Positions 54,004-64,000 of a DNA stretch of 64,000 bases are shown piece by piece. The first letter of the stretch is position 1, and every line of letters starts with the position of its first letter. The position numbers and the translations under genes are program-made. The DNA comes from Diplonema japonicum (Eukaryota; Protista; Euglenozoa: Diplonemea). A model generated the notes under the pieces. That model was not told the origin of the DNA. It saw only the letters and a list, made by a program, of their open reading frames with translations, and searched no databases. The stretch spans positions 1 through 64,000 of the forward strand of contig OZ025754.1 of assembly GCA_964019335.1 (NCBI GenBank). Reading direction: 5' to 3'.

Positions 54004-55485
54004 TCAAAGCCTCCTCAATTTCATGATAATCTCCTCGATCCCCTTGTGCCCGCCTTTCATGGCGTAGTAGAGCGGGGTCTTCCCGTGCGCGTCCCTGGCA
54101 CTAGGGTCGGCGTTGTTGAACAGCAGGTGTTTGACAAGGTCCGCGTCGCCCGCCTGCGTCGCGAGGTGCAGGGCCGTGGAGCCAGTCTTGTCGGCTAAAT
54201 TAAGATTCGGCGACACGGACAGGAGGGTGGTGGTGGTGGCGGTGTAGTTGCGAGAGATGGCTATGTGGAGGGGAGTCCGACGGCTAGCGTCCACTGCATT
54301 GACAAGCGCAGGGTGCTTGCTAGGGTGCGTGAGAGAGAGGATGGCTGCCACCACATCATGACAACCCAACATGGCAGCACAGTGCAGTGGAGTGCTATCC
54401 GACCCGAGAAGCTTGGCATCCGTCGACGCCCCGTACTCAGTCACGAGCATGCCAGCTAACTCTCCATGGTTGTTTTGAAAGGCAATGTGCAGCGCCGTCG
54501 CATGAGAAGCATCTTTCCTGTCAACTGCGATTCCGTTGTCGAGAAGCACTCGGCATACAGACACGTGACCTCCCTTGGCTGCGTGGTGTAGCGCTGTCCC
54601 CCATGCTCCATCTGCTGCGTGAACGTCAGCGCCTTTCTCGATGAGCAGCTTGCAGATGGGATGGCTTCCGTTCTTCGCGGCCACCAGCAGCGGTGTCACG
54701 AAGTCGTTCATATAGAACTTTACCTCCAGGTTGACCTCGTCGCCGATCCCTGACAGCAACGCCTCCACACACCCGAAATGCTTCTTTTCACACGCGTGGA
54801 ATAAAGGTGTCTTGCCCGCTCGGTCAGCCGCATTCACCTTGTCACCAATACCATTTGCAAGAAGGTAAGATGTGATGTCAGAGTGGCCATGGATACACGC
54901 CCAAGCAAGAGGGGACACCCTGTCAACATCTGGCTTCGTGGTCACCTCTGGGTGGCGATCGTGGTAGTACTGTAGAATTTGAAGAGAACCAACAGCGATG
55001 GCAGTGTGGTGGGGATAGCCCCCATTGTGGAGGTCGCCGAAGAAATCGGTGACATGTGGCATGATGAGAGATGTCAGAGCCAGCGTGTCAGGGGCGTTGG
55101 GGGACTCGCAGGCGGCGTGTAAGTATTTTGCGGTGATGGGCACTGCAGCCGACTCGCAGATTGCTTCTACCATCGCTGTTTCGCCTTCAAAAATTGCTTG
55201 TAAAAGCACCTCCTGGCTGGGCTCCACGCCTGCTTGCATTAGCGCGCACTTCCCCTTCACGATGCTGTTGGGCTTGAACTCCAAGGTGTCACCGTCCATG
55301 ACACCTAGGCTGCCGACCAGGTTGTTGTCCTCGCATCGCAACCCCTCCCACCACACCTCCATCTCATCCACCCTGTCTTCCCACTCTTCGGCCACAAGTC
55401 TTTTCACATCCACCACTCGCTCTGGACCTTCGATGTCCACTGTTACTATTGCACCCGACGGTTCTAACCGAATGTGAAGGTGCAT
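54004..55485 (-). CDS. Ubiquitin-like domain plus ankyrin-repeat protein
   Basis: N-terminal Ubl (VVDVKRLV...LGVMDGDTL) and multiple GxTPLHxA repeats. Confidence 0.9.
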   Translation of the reverse strand: MHLHIRLEPSGAIVTVDIEGPERVVDVKRLVAEEWEDRVDEMEVWWEGLRCEDNNLVGSLGVMDGDTLEFKPNSIVKGKCALMQAGVEPSQEVLLQAIFEGETAMVEAICESAAVPITAKYLHAACESPNAPDTLALTSLIMPHVTDFFGDLHNGGYPHHTAIAVGSLQILQYYHDRHPEVTTKPDVDRVSPLAWACIHGHSDITSYLLANGIGDKVNAADRAGKTPLFHACEKKHFGCVEALLSGIGDEVNLEVKFYMNDFVTPLLVAAKNGSHPICKLLIEKGADVHAADGAWGTALHHAAKGGHVSVCRVLLDNGIAVDRKDASHATALHIAFQNNHGELAGMLVTEYGASTDAKLLGSDSTPLHCAAMLGCHDVVAAILSLTHPSKHPALVNAVDASRRTPLHIAISRNYTATTTTLLSVSPNLNLADKTGSTALHLATQAGDADLVKHLLFNNADPSARDAHGKTPLYYAMKGGHKGIEEIIMKLRRL

Positions 55486-55487
55486 TT

Positions 55488-55536
<49 letters not shown>

Positions 55537-55725
55537 GCGGGGGAGAGAATATGAAGGAGGGAGGGGAGAAAAATGAAATCTAGTGGGTATTTTTTTTTTT
55601 CCCTTTTTTTCTTATTTTTTTTTCTTTTCTTCTCTTTCGTTCCTTTTTTTTTTCCCCTATACGTCTGTTGGTGTTTTGACTGAATGCCAAAAAGACACAC
55701 CCGCTTCTTCTTCTTTTTTTTTTTT

Positions 55726-56058
55726 TTACTTCTTATTGGGTTTTTTGCTAGCTGCTTTTTGCGGTAGTTGTTGTTGTTGTTGTTGTTGTGGTTTGCTATC
55801 TTCGTCTGCCTTCCGTATTCTGCTTACCTGTGTGGCGATATCAGCGAAGCCCATGTTTTGCAGCACGGACACGACGTCCTCTGAGTCCTCAGCAGATTCC
55901 CCACATGTTTGGGCCGTTAGCGCAAGGATGAAAGCGTGCACGGACTTATACACAGCGAGCCTCCCACCCCTCGCCAGTTTCGCGTTCTCAACACAATTCA
56001 TGATCTCGAACACATGTTTTGCGGTCAGGCCTTTGTGCTGGATAGCGACCTCAGACAT
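55726..56058 (-). CDS. Small divergent histone-fold protein (NF-YB/NC2beta/POLE3-like)
   Basis: KLARGGRLAVYKSVHAFILALT...EDVVSVLQNMGF resembles histone-fold helices 2-3. Confidence 0.5.
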   Translation of the reverse strand: MSEVAIQHKGLTAKHVFEIMNCVENAKLARGGRLAVYKSVHAFILALTAQTCGESAEDSEDVVSVLQNMGFADIATQVSRIRKADEDSKPQQQQQQQLPQKAASKKPNKK

Positions 56059-56132
56059 CGCAACTTTCTTTGGGTATGGATTTTTTGAGTAGGGGGGGGG
56101 AGGGGTGTGTGTGTGTGTGTGTGTGTGACAAG

Positions 56133-56185
<53 letters not shown>

Positions 56186-56231
56186 ACTATTGATCCGGCG
56201 GCTGTTTTCTTTTTCTCTTCTTTTGTTTTCT

Positions 56232-57457
56232 TCACACCAATCTAGCCACCTTCACTTTGTTCTCCAATTGCTTTTCGTAATCGATTAACTGTGTTTTTTT
56301 TTTTTTTTTTTTCTTCTTTTTTTTTAACTTCAAGAAAAAAAACACACCTTCTCCAAACTATCGATCATATTCTGCACCAACGCTGTTTCGGGTTGGCCCC
56401 ACCGAGCGGAGTTTGAGATTTCCGTGACGCCCCCCGTTGCGGAAGGGTTCTGGGTCAGCCTGTGCCGCTCCAAGAATGCAGGGAAGTCGGGGTGCTGCGA
56501 CGCATTAGGGAATTTCCCCACAACCGTGATCCTCATCGCGGTCCCAACGTTGGCGAGGGAGGGCCCGAGGAAGCCTAGCGACCGGTGGTACGAATAGTGT
56601 TTTCCGAGCCTGTGGAAAGCAGATTCAAGATCGATATTGGCCATTGACCACCTATTGAAACACAAGGCAAGGTTGCCGCCACGCAACGTAGAGATCACTT
56701 TTAGATGATCGCAATCATTAGCCCACACCAAGATGTCTTTTGACTTGCTTATGTGTGCACCGCGTCCCACCGGCCAGTCCCGTGAAGCACCAGCTGAAAC
56801 AACAAACGGGGAACTTGGTTTTGCGCCGATTAATCCCTTCGACACATGCTCTTCAATTTCACGCAGGGAGAGAGACGGGAGGTCAACCCACTTTCCTTGG
56901 AAGGGCGTGGATAAATTTCTGCATGCGTGTTTAACGTACCAGTTGATCTCTTCCCGTTCGCCCCTTCGGACAACGGGGTAGTACCGGTGTTCTTGAAAAT
57001 TCCTTGATGACCTGATGCGAACGTTAATGACGTATTGGCTGTTTAGGTTTCCGCCTCGGATGCTGTCTGGGTTCATATCTTGAGGTTGTGCTGTGCCTTC
57101 GGACCAGCCGTGTTTGGCGGTGAGGATTGGGTTGTAAAGGTCCTTGAAAACGTAGTAGCTTTCTTCATCGCCAGCTACGCATCCGGCGTCCCATGGACCC
57201 CCCACTTGGTTGTCGATCCCGGGTTGGACCGCGTCGTTGAACTTGAATCCTTTTTCCGTTCTTTTCTTGAAGTTCGCCCTCCACAGCTCCTTCGTCAGCA
57301 CCCCTCCTGCCAGATGTGTCGAGCCTGATATCTCGGGGTACTCCGCGTCAGCACCATATGTTGCGTACATCTCCCTCATCTCCTGAGCATGAAGAACTGA
57401 TCCCGCACCAAGCCCCGCTGTGAAGCCACCCAGACACTTCAATACGCGATATTTCAT
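56232..57457 (-). CDS. Phosphagen (creatine/arginine) kinase-like protein with degenerate active site; short last exon LIDYEKQLENKVKVARLV*
   Basis: GCVAGDEESY, RIRSSRN, RDWPVGRG, EISNSARWG; NEEDH is NDCDH and CPSNLGT is SLANVGT. Confidence 0.85.
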
Positions 57458-57832
57458 TTTTTTTTTTCTTTTTTGAACCAAAAAAAAAAAATTTTTTTTT
57501 TGAGGGAACGGGTGAATTATTTATAAAAAAAAAGAAGGAAGGAAAGGGGGGGGGGGGGGTTCTTAAAGAAATAAGAAAAAAAAAGAATCGGATTTCTCTG
57601 TCTTTTTTTTGTCCCGCCGGATTTTTGACCCCTTTTTTTAGTTTTTTTTTTTAAAGGGGAAAAGGGAGGGGTGTAGGGGGGGGGGGGGTGGTGTGGAAAA
57701 AAAGGGGGGGGGGGAGTAACTATTTTTTAAAAAGTCATTTGTTCTCTATTCACAAAAAAAATGTTAAAAAAATGAGAAAAAAAACCCCCCCCTACCTTAT
57801 AAAAAAGAAATCATTAAAAACCCTAGCACTTT

Positions 57833-58066
57833 TCAAGCATCATTAGGCACTTCTTGCCCTTCGCTGATCAGCTTAATGAGGTGGCTCCGTCGGGTTTCAA
57901 GCTCCTAATTTTTTTCTTTTTTTTTTTTCTTCTTTCTCCCTATATCCAAACCTGTTGCGCCTGGTTATCCTGCTCCTCCCGGTCCTTCACGCTCGACAAG
58001 AATTCCTTAGTAAGCTCCTGAAGGTCAACGTCGTCAAGGCTGCTGTCTTTGTCACCGACTTCTATA

Positions 58067-58122
<56 letters not shown>

Positions 58123-59762
58123 CAATACCTCGTTGCTGAAGAGCGTGGGACTTCTTCCTCGCTTTTCCTTTGCGTTCTTTCGCACGCTGCAGCAGGGCTC
58201 TGTCCCTGCTCGACTCCCTTGCGAACATGGCCTCGATTGTATTCTTTTCCTCATACTGTGCAGTGCACAACCCCTGTGACAACTCCAAGAGAACGGTGTT
58301 CCCGTCCACACCGCCTACAGCTACGTGCTTCCCCTCCGCAGTGCACTGCAAGGTGTTCAGTGAGTACTCTGAGAGCTGAACGGAAAGCACAGGCGCCGTC
58401 TGACGGTACAGCAAATCCCACACATCAAGCACGCCATCCATTCTGGTGGTGATGAAGACACCTGGACGTGCAGGGTGCCATGAACCATTTGTGAGATATG
58501 CCTTGTGGTAGAATGTTGTGAACATAGGTGCTTTTAGAAGTGCGTCCTCGGCCGTCCATAGCTTCACGGTCCAGTCTCCAACTGACATGAAATATTTTGA
58601 ACAGTGCGGGTTTCGCATGACGCCGTAGACGGGGCCGTGGTGGCCGTGGTAGCAGTGCGAGATTTTGTCCTGCGGGGTTTTCCCCTTTCTGTTGCACAGT
58701 AGAACTGTGCCTTGTTCGGTGCCTACCATGTACTTGCTGGGGCCGCCGACTTGCGCGTCGTAGTCGATGCAAATTCCGCCCAGTACGCCTTTCGGACCAC
58801 CGTCGTTAACCTTGTCGGAGGGCTTCAACACTACGGTTTCAGATTCAATGGGTTTTGAGAGGTTTCGAACATCCCATATAAAAGCCTGCCCGTCGGTAGA
58901 CACGGAGAGGAATTCACCGGATTTCGACATCAACCATTTTATGTCCCACACGGGGTCCTTGTGGCTGTGGTCGATGATCGACTTTGACTCGGTTTGAACG
59001 GATTTTAAATCCGGGGTCCCGGCTTTACGGGTGTCCCATAGCTGTACTACACCGTTGTACGACCCGCCTGCGATGATGTGGGAATCCTTCGGGCTGTACC
59101 TTATACTGCATAATGGGGAAACAGGGATTAGATCAAGCTCGGGTGTGTTGGGATTGGTAACATCCCATATGTGGGACTTGACAGTCATGCCTCCGATGGT
59201 TCCTTGGAATTTCATGTTGCAGTAGGCTATCGCGAGTTTTTTAGCGTCGGGAAGCCATGATAAGTTTGCGACGGTTCGTTTAACGGGTGATGGGTCTTGG
59301 AAGACCGTTACCGTTTTTGCGGAGGGCGGGCCGGAGGAAACGTCCACCGTTTGTTCGAGGAAATATTCCTCGAAGATATCTATCGCGTTGTTCTGTTTCA
59401 AATATTTTTCCACGTGTCTGTCGAAAAGATCTCTGCATGTTAAGAAGTACCCTTCCTCTCGCTCAGCTTTTTTTCTGTATTTTGTTTTGTCGTCCAGATC
59501 TGTGTTATCAATCGCTGCCGGCCAACCGCCTTCTACATGGGTTTGTCCTTTCGGTCTTGTTTCAATTTGGGCGGTGTTGGTGCCATACTCGCTGAGTATC
59601 GGCACGTTTTCGATTTCTCTCTCATAAGGGTTTAGAACAGTGAACTCGTCCTTCAGCTTCTGGTTGGGAAGGTGTTCGAAGAGGTTTTCAGGTTCGTTAT
59701 TCTGAAACTCCACAGGCCGGCCGAACTCCTTCCGGGCCTTCTGGTACATAGAACTGATTTCC

Positions 59763-59767
<5 letters not shown>
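57833..59767 (-). CDS. DNAI2: Axonemal outer-arm dynein intermediate chain 2 (IC70/DNAI2-type WD40), two 3' introns
   Basis: RKEFGR, HVEGGWP, KQNNAIDIFEEYF, GGSYNG, SHKDPV, YMVGTEQG, HHGPVY, SVGDWT. Confidence 0.9.
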
Positions 59768-59797
<30 letters not shown>

Positions 59798-61128
59798 CGC
59801 CCTCCGCCCCCCCCGCCTCTCCCTCTTTTTTTTTTTTTTTTTCTTTTTGGGAAAATTAAAAAAAAAAAATTTTTTAAAAAAAAAAAAAAAAAAAAAATAA
59901 ACGGATCTTTTTTTTTTTCTTTTTTTTTTTTTCCTCCCCTGGGACACCTTTTTTTTTTTTTTTTTTTTTTTAAATCTCGGTTCGCTTTTTTTTTTAGCAG
60001 TCTTCCACCCCCTTTAGAAAAATGAAACAAAAAAAAAAGAGGAACTGGCCGTTGTTTGTACGTGCAGGGGGAAACCTGGAGAAGGATGTCAACCCGAAAC
60101 ACGTTGCCAACGTTCCCCTTTTGTTTAGACAAGTCAAAGAGTCGTTCTTGCAAAAAAACATTTCTACGAGATTATGGAGGTTTACATGTAGAAGGGTGGG
60201 AATAAGAAGAAGGAAAAAGAAAAAGAAAAAGAACACCGCCCCAAAATCACCCGAAAAAAAAAAAAAAAATGACCAAGTACAGGAAGAAGAAGTGGAATCT
60301 TTTATTTTAAAGTTTCTTTTTTTCTTTTTCTGAGTATATCCGGAGGGGCTTTTTTTTTTTTCTCTTTTTTTTTTCTCTATTCCTCTTCTTTCTTTTGACG
60401 CCATAATATAAAAAAAACCCCCTTTGCCTATCTGTTGGTTCTCTCTACTTTTTTCTCTTTTTTTTTTTTTCTGATGGACAAGTTAGGCAAAGAAAAGGGG
60501 GGAACAAAACACAGGTGCAGCACAAAGCGATGGGCCTCCTTTTTTTTTTTTTCATTTGTCCCTTCCTTTTTCCCCATTTTGAAAAAAAAAAGAAAATGCA
60601 CTATTTCACACAGTGATTTTAGTTTGTTTAAAAAAAAAAAAAAAAAAAAAAAAAAGGCAGGTGGGGGGGAATTGGTAAACAGGCATATTTAAGCGTAATG
60701 TGAGAAAATAAATAACTGACCCCCCCCAGGCTTAAAAAATATGAGAGAGAAGAGGGGAAGAAGAAGAGAAAAAAAAAAGAAGAAGTTTTGACGAAATATC
60801 TCTTGTGGGTCGGAAAAGAACAAAGTGAATAGAAAGGAAGGCGTTTAAAAAAAAGGGGGGGGGAGTAAAGCGCGGGGGACGGAACAGGGGAAAAAAAAAA
60901 AAAAAAAACTCTTTTTTTTTTTTTTTCCCTTCCAGGACATTCCTAGCAGTCGGAGCGCAAAGAAATCTCCTTTTATGCACTTCAAAAGAAAAAAGAAAAA
61001 AAAAAAAAAAACAGCCAAACCTTTTACCTTTTCACTCTCTGCCTTTTTTTTTTCCCCCCCTTCTGTTTTAATAACCCCTATTAGTACAATGCTTCCCCCC
61101 CAAAAAAAAAAAAATAAATAAATGATGA

Positions 61129-64000
61129 TTACAGCTCATCAGGCCTCTCTGCCTCTGTCTCTTCCTTCTTGGGTTCTTCGTTCTCGGGCTCCTTGTTAGG
61201 CTCACCGTCTTCTTTCTTCTCCTCGTCCGTTTCTGTTTTTTCCTGTGCGGCCTTCTTCTCTTCCTTTTCCTTCTTCTTTCGCTCCTTCTCTTCCTTCTGC
61301 TTGGCCTTCATCTCTTCTTCGATGGCTTTGCGTTCGGCGTCCTCCTTTTCTTTCTTTTTGTCAATAACGACATTGACCTCCTTCTGCAGTTTTTCCTTCG
61401 CCGCCACGAACTCCGAGAGGGGTGTTCCATCGTTAGAACCTTCACCGAATTCCACCCAATCTCCCACTTCTTCGAGCGCCGCTTCAATGGCCTTGCGGTT
61501 GTCCTCGGTGATGAACTCTTGCATTTCCTCGAAGTCAAGGACGCCCTGAGGTTTTTTTTTTTTTTTTTTTTTTCCTCAAATCAAACCTCAAATTTAACCC
61601 AATAGATGTACGTTTCGAGATCATTCTTGGCTGCTGCTGCCTCTTTCTTCAGGTCCTCAATCCTAAGAAGAAAAAAATTGGGGGAAACGGGTGTAGCCAT
61701 ACTTCTGGAGAGCTTCCAGCACTGTTGTGGACTTGTTGTAGTCCTCTTCACCCATGGGGTGCGGGACCACAGTTGAGACCTCAACGTCGGCCTGTTGTCT
61801 GTGTTTCTTGATCTCGGTCTTGTTCACGAATTTGTATTTTGGCTCCTCGGGCTTCTTCTCCTCCTCACCCTCTTTCTTTTCCTCCTCGCCTTCCTTCTTC
61901 TCACCTTCGCCCTCTTTCTTCGCTTCCTCCTTGCTTTCTTCGGCCTTTGGGGGGGTTTTTTTTTATTTTATTTTGTTGATATATTTATACCTTGGGTTCT
62001 TCGGGCTTGGGCTCCTCGTCTTTTGCGGGTTTTGCGGTGTCATCCTCCTCTTTCTTGTCCTCTTCTTTCTTCTCTTCCTCTTTCTTCTCCTCGGGCTTGG
62101 GCTCCTTGATCTTGACTGCGGGAGGGGGGGGGGGGGGGGGGGTTTCTTTTTCTAAAAAAGAATTCGTGTTTTCATACTTTTCTTCATCACGGACATATGT
62201 TCGTCGTACTTAACGACAGCTGACTCTGCGTTCACAAGATCATCAAAACCATAACGGACCTGGGGGGGTTTTTTTTTTTGGTTTCCCCATTCTCACCTGG
62301 AGCTGAATTGCGTGCGTGTTTGACGCGTTCTTGCCCTCCTTGTTGAAGCCAAGGGTTTCGAGAGTGCTGGCAACATTCTGTTTTTTTTTTTTTTTTTTTT
62401 TTTTTTCCCGTTCCCATACCTTCACAGTCAGTGTCTTCCACTTCTTGTACTCCACCACACCCTCATCGTTCTCCGTTGATGTGAACAGGTTGACGTCGAA
62501 ATCCTCCGTCCTCGCCACTGTAATGGACTTCTTACTCCCAGCCTCCGGGTTGCTGAACAACGGGCGCATCTTTAAAAAAAAAAAAAAAAAATCTTTTTTT
62601 CCTCCCCCCTTATACACACCTTAGGGGGCTTGTTGCTCCCAGGGAGCTGGGACAGCTGGAAGGTGACGTTGTAAGGCGCCCTATCCGACACGGTGAAGCC
62701 CTGTGGGACGTTTTGAAGAAGAAAAAAAAAAACTTTTTTTTTTTTACCTTAGTCCTGAAGGTCCCGCTGAGCTTGGCAGCCTGGAACGCGGCTCCAAGCG
62801 CCATGCACTCATCACCGTTGAGCGTCTTGTCGAGGGACCTGCCGCCAAGTGCCTCGGAGAGCGCAGCTTGCAAACGGGGGATTCTGACACCGCCTTTTTT
62901 TTTTTTTTAATTATAAAATAAAAATTTTCCCCGGGGAGGGGGTCCATACCACCAATGATCTCAACGGCAGAGAGCTCTTCAGGCTTGACACCAGACAATT
63001 CAAGAACCCTCTTCATAGGCGGGGTCGCACGCTGGAACAGGTCCTCGCATTGCTGGGCGGGGGAAGGGGTGTGTTTTTTTCTTTTTTTTTTCTTTCAAAT
63101 ACCTCATCCAGCTCGGTTCTCTGGAACGTGTAGAAGAACGGCTTGCCGTCGTACAACTCCTCAATGGACACAATGGCCTCCTTGTTGGCGGAGAGGACCT
63201 CCTTTGCCTTGTTGGCCCTCCTCATGAGAACGGTCATGGCCTTGAGCGCAGCCTTCTCTGTGGAGCCGATAAGCTTGACAGAAGGGTTCTTCTCCTCGAA
63301 CTTCTTGGCGAGGAAGTCGGCGATCCGGGCGTCCATGGTTCTACCACCGAGCGTTTCATCGTGGGCGACAGCGAGGGTCTGCAAATGCCCGAGCTCACCG
63401 CCACGCTTAGGCTTTCCATCGACCTCCTCAGGAGGGGTGAAACGGTAAAGCCCAACCTCAGTCCTGGAAGCCCCCATGTCATAAATCATCAAATTCACGG
63501 TTTCATTACCAAAACCACGCTTTTGAACACCGTATTGCAGGGCTGCGGAGAGGGTCGACGACATTAAACCAAGACAGGTAAGACCTGTGAGGTTTGCAGC
63601 ATGGACAAATGATTCCCGTTCAGATGCAGACAGAAAGCTCGGAACGGTGATTACGGTCCCGGTAACGGGGATTTCCATGTGAACAGCAGCTTGGTTTTTG
63701 ATGTAACCAAGGAGTTGAGCGATAAGCTCCTCAGGGGTGTATGTAGTTGCGGGGTCCGGGTTGACAATGCCCATGACGCCTCTGGGCTCGACACGTTCGA
63801 AGTTGTAAGGGAGGTTCCAGTTTTTCTTGAATTCGTCTTGGATGCCGCCTTCCTTGTGTTCCTTGCCCGCCACCCTATTGAGGAAGGTGTACATTTGGTC
63901 AGGGAACCGTGGTGCCAGGTTGAAGGCGTCCTCTCCTATGAACCTGTCGTCTCCACGGTATCCAATGAAGTTGTTGCTCTTGCGCTTGCTCTGCTCGTTT
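61129..64000 (-). CDS. HYOU1: ER HSP70-family nucleotide exchange factor GRP170/HYOU1, multi-exon, 5' end outside the window
   Basis: NEQSKRKS, VITVPSF, AALQYG, IYDMGASRT, AKEVLSAN, LNGDE..ALGA, KNDLETYIY, and C-terminal PDEL. Confidence 0.9.

Overview
Eukaryotic nuclear DNA, most likely from a diplonemid (Euglenozoa). The minus strand carries three identical 38-nt copies of a diplonemid/kinetoplastid-type spliced-leader (SL) exon. Every credible gene lies on the minus strand, and many genes have tiny (about 35-60 nt) GT-AG introns in homopolymer-rich noncoding DNA. Bases 1-9000 are a nest of mobile DNA. It contains an SL-headed, CRE/SLACS-like non-LTR retroelement whose long ORF carries an AlkB-type 2OG-Fe(II) dioxygenase domain, hydrophobic segments and zinc fingers. 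It also contains a deleted sister copy with rearranged RLE-endonuclease and RT-thumb fragments that truncates a protein kinase gene, a decayed piggyBac with TIRs and TTAA, and a solitary SL-RNA-like gene. The rest is a host gene array: Ubl-LRR, cytochrome P450, TMEM254-like, Deg/HtrA protease, CKS1 (x2), a PKD2-like channel with a PAN/Apple insert, GDP-mannose 3,5-epimerase (x2, near-identical), HVA22/REEP, small Tim, PH-PX-formin, MAD2, MPP10, sulfotransferase, Ubl-ankyrin, a histone-fold protein, a catalytically degenerate phosphagen kinase, dynein IC2 and GRP170/HYOU1 (partial). The best novel candidate is the SL-associated retroelement encoding its own AlkB demethylase. All family calls come from motif recognition by eye, and no database searches were run.
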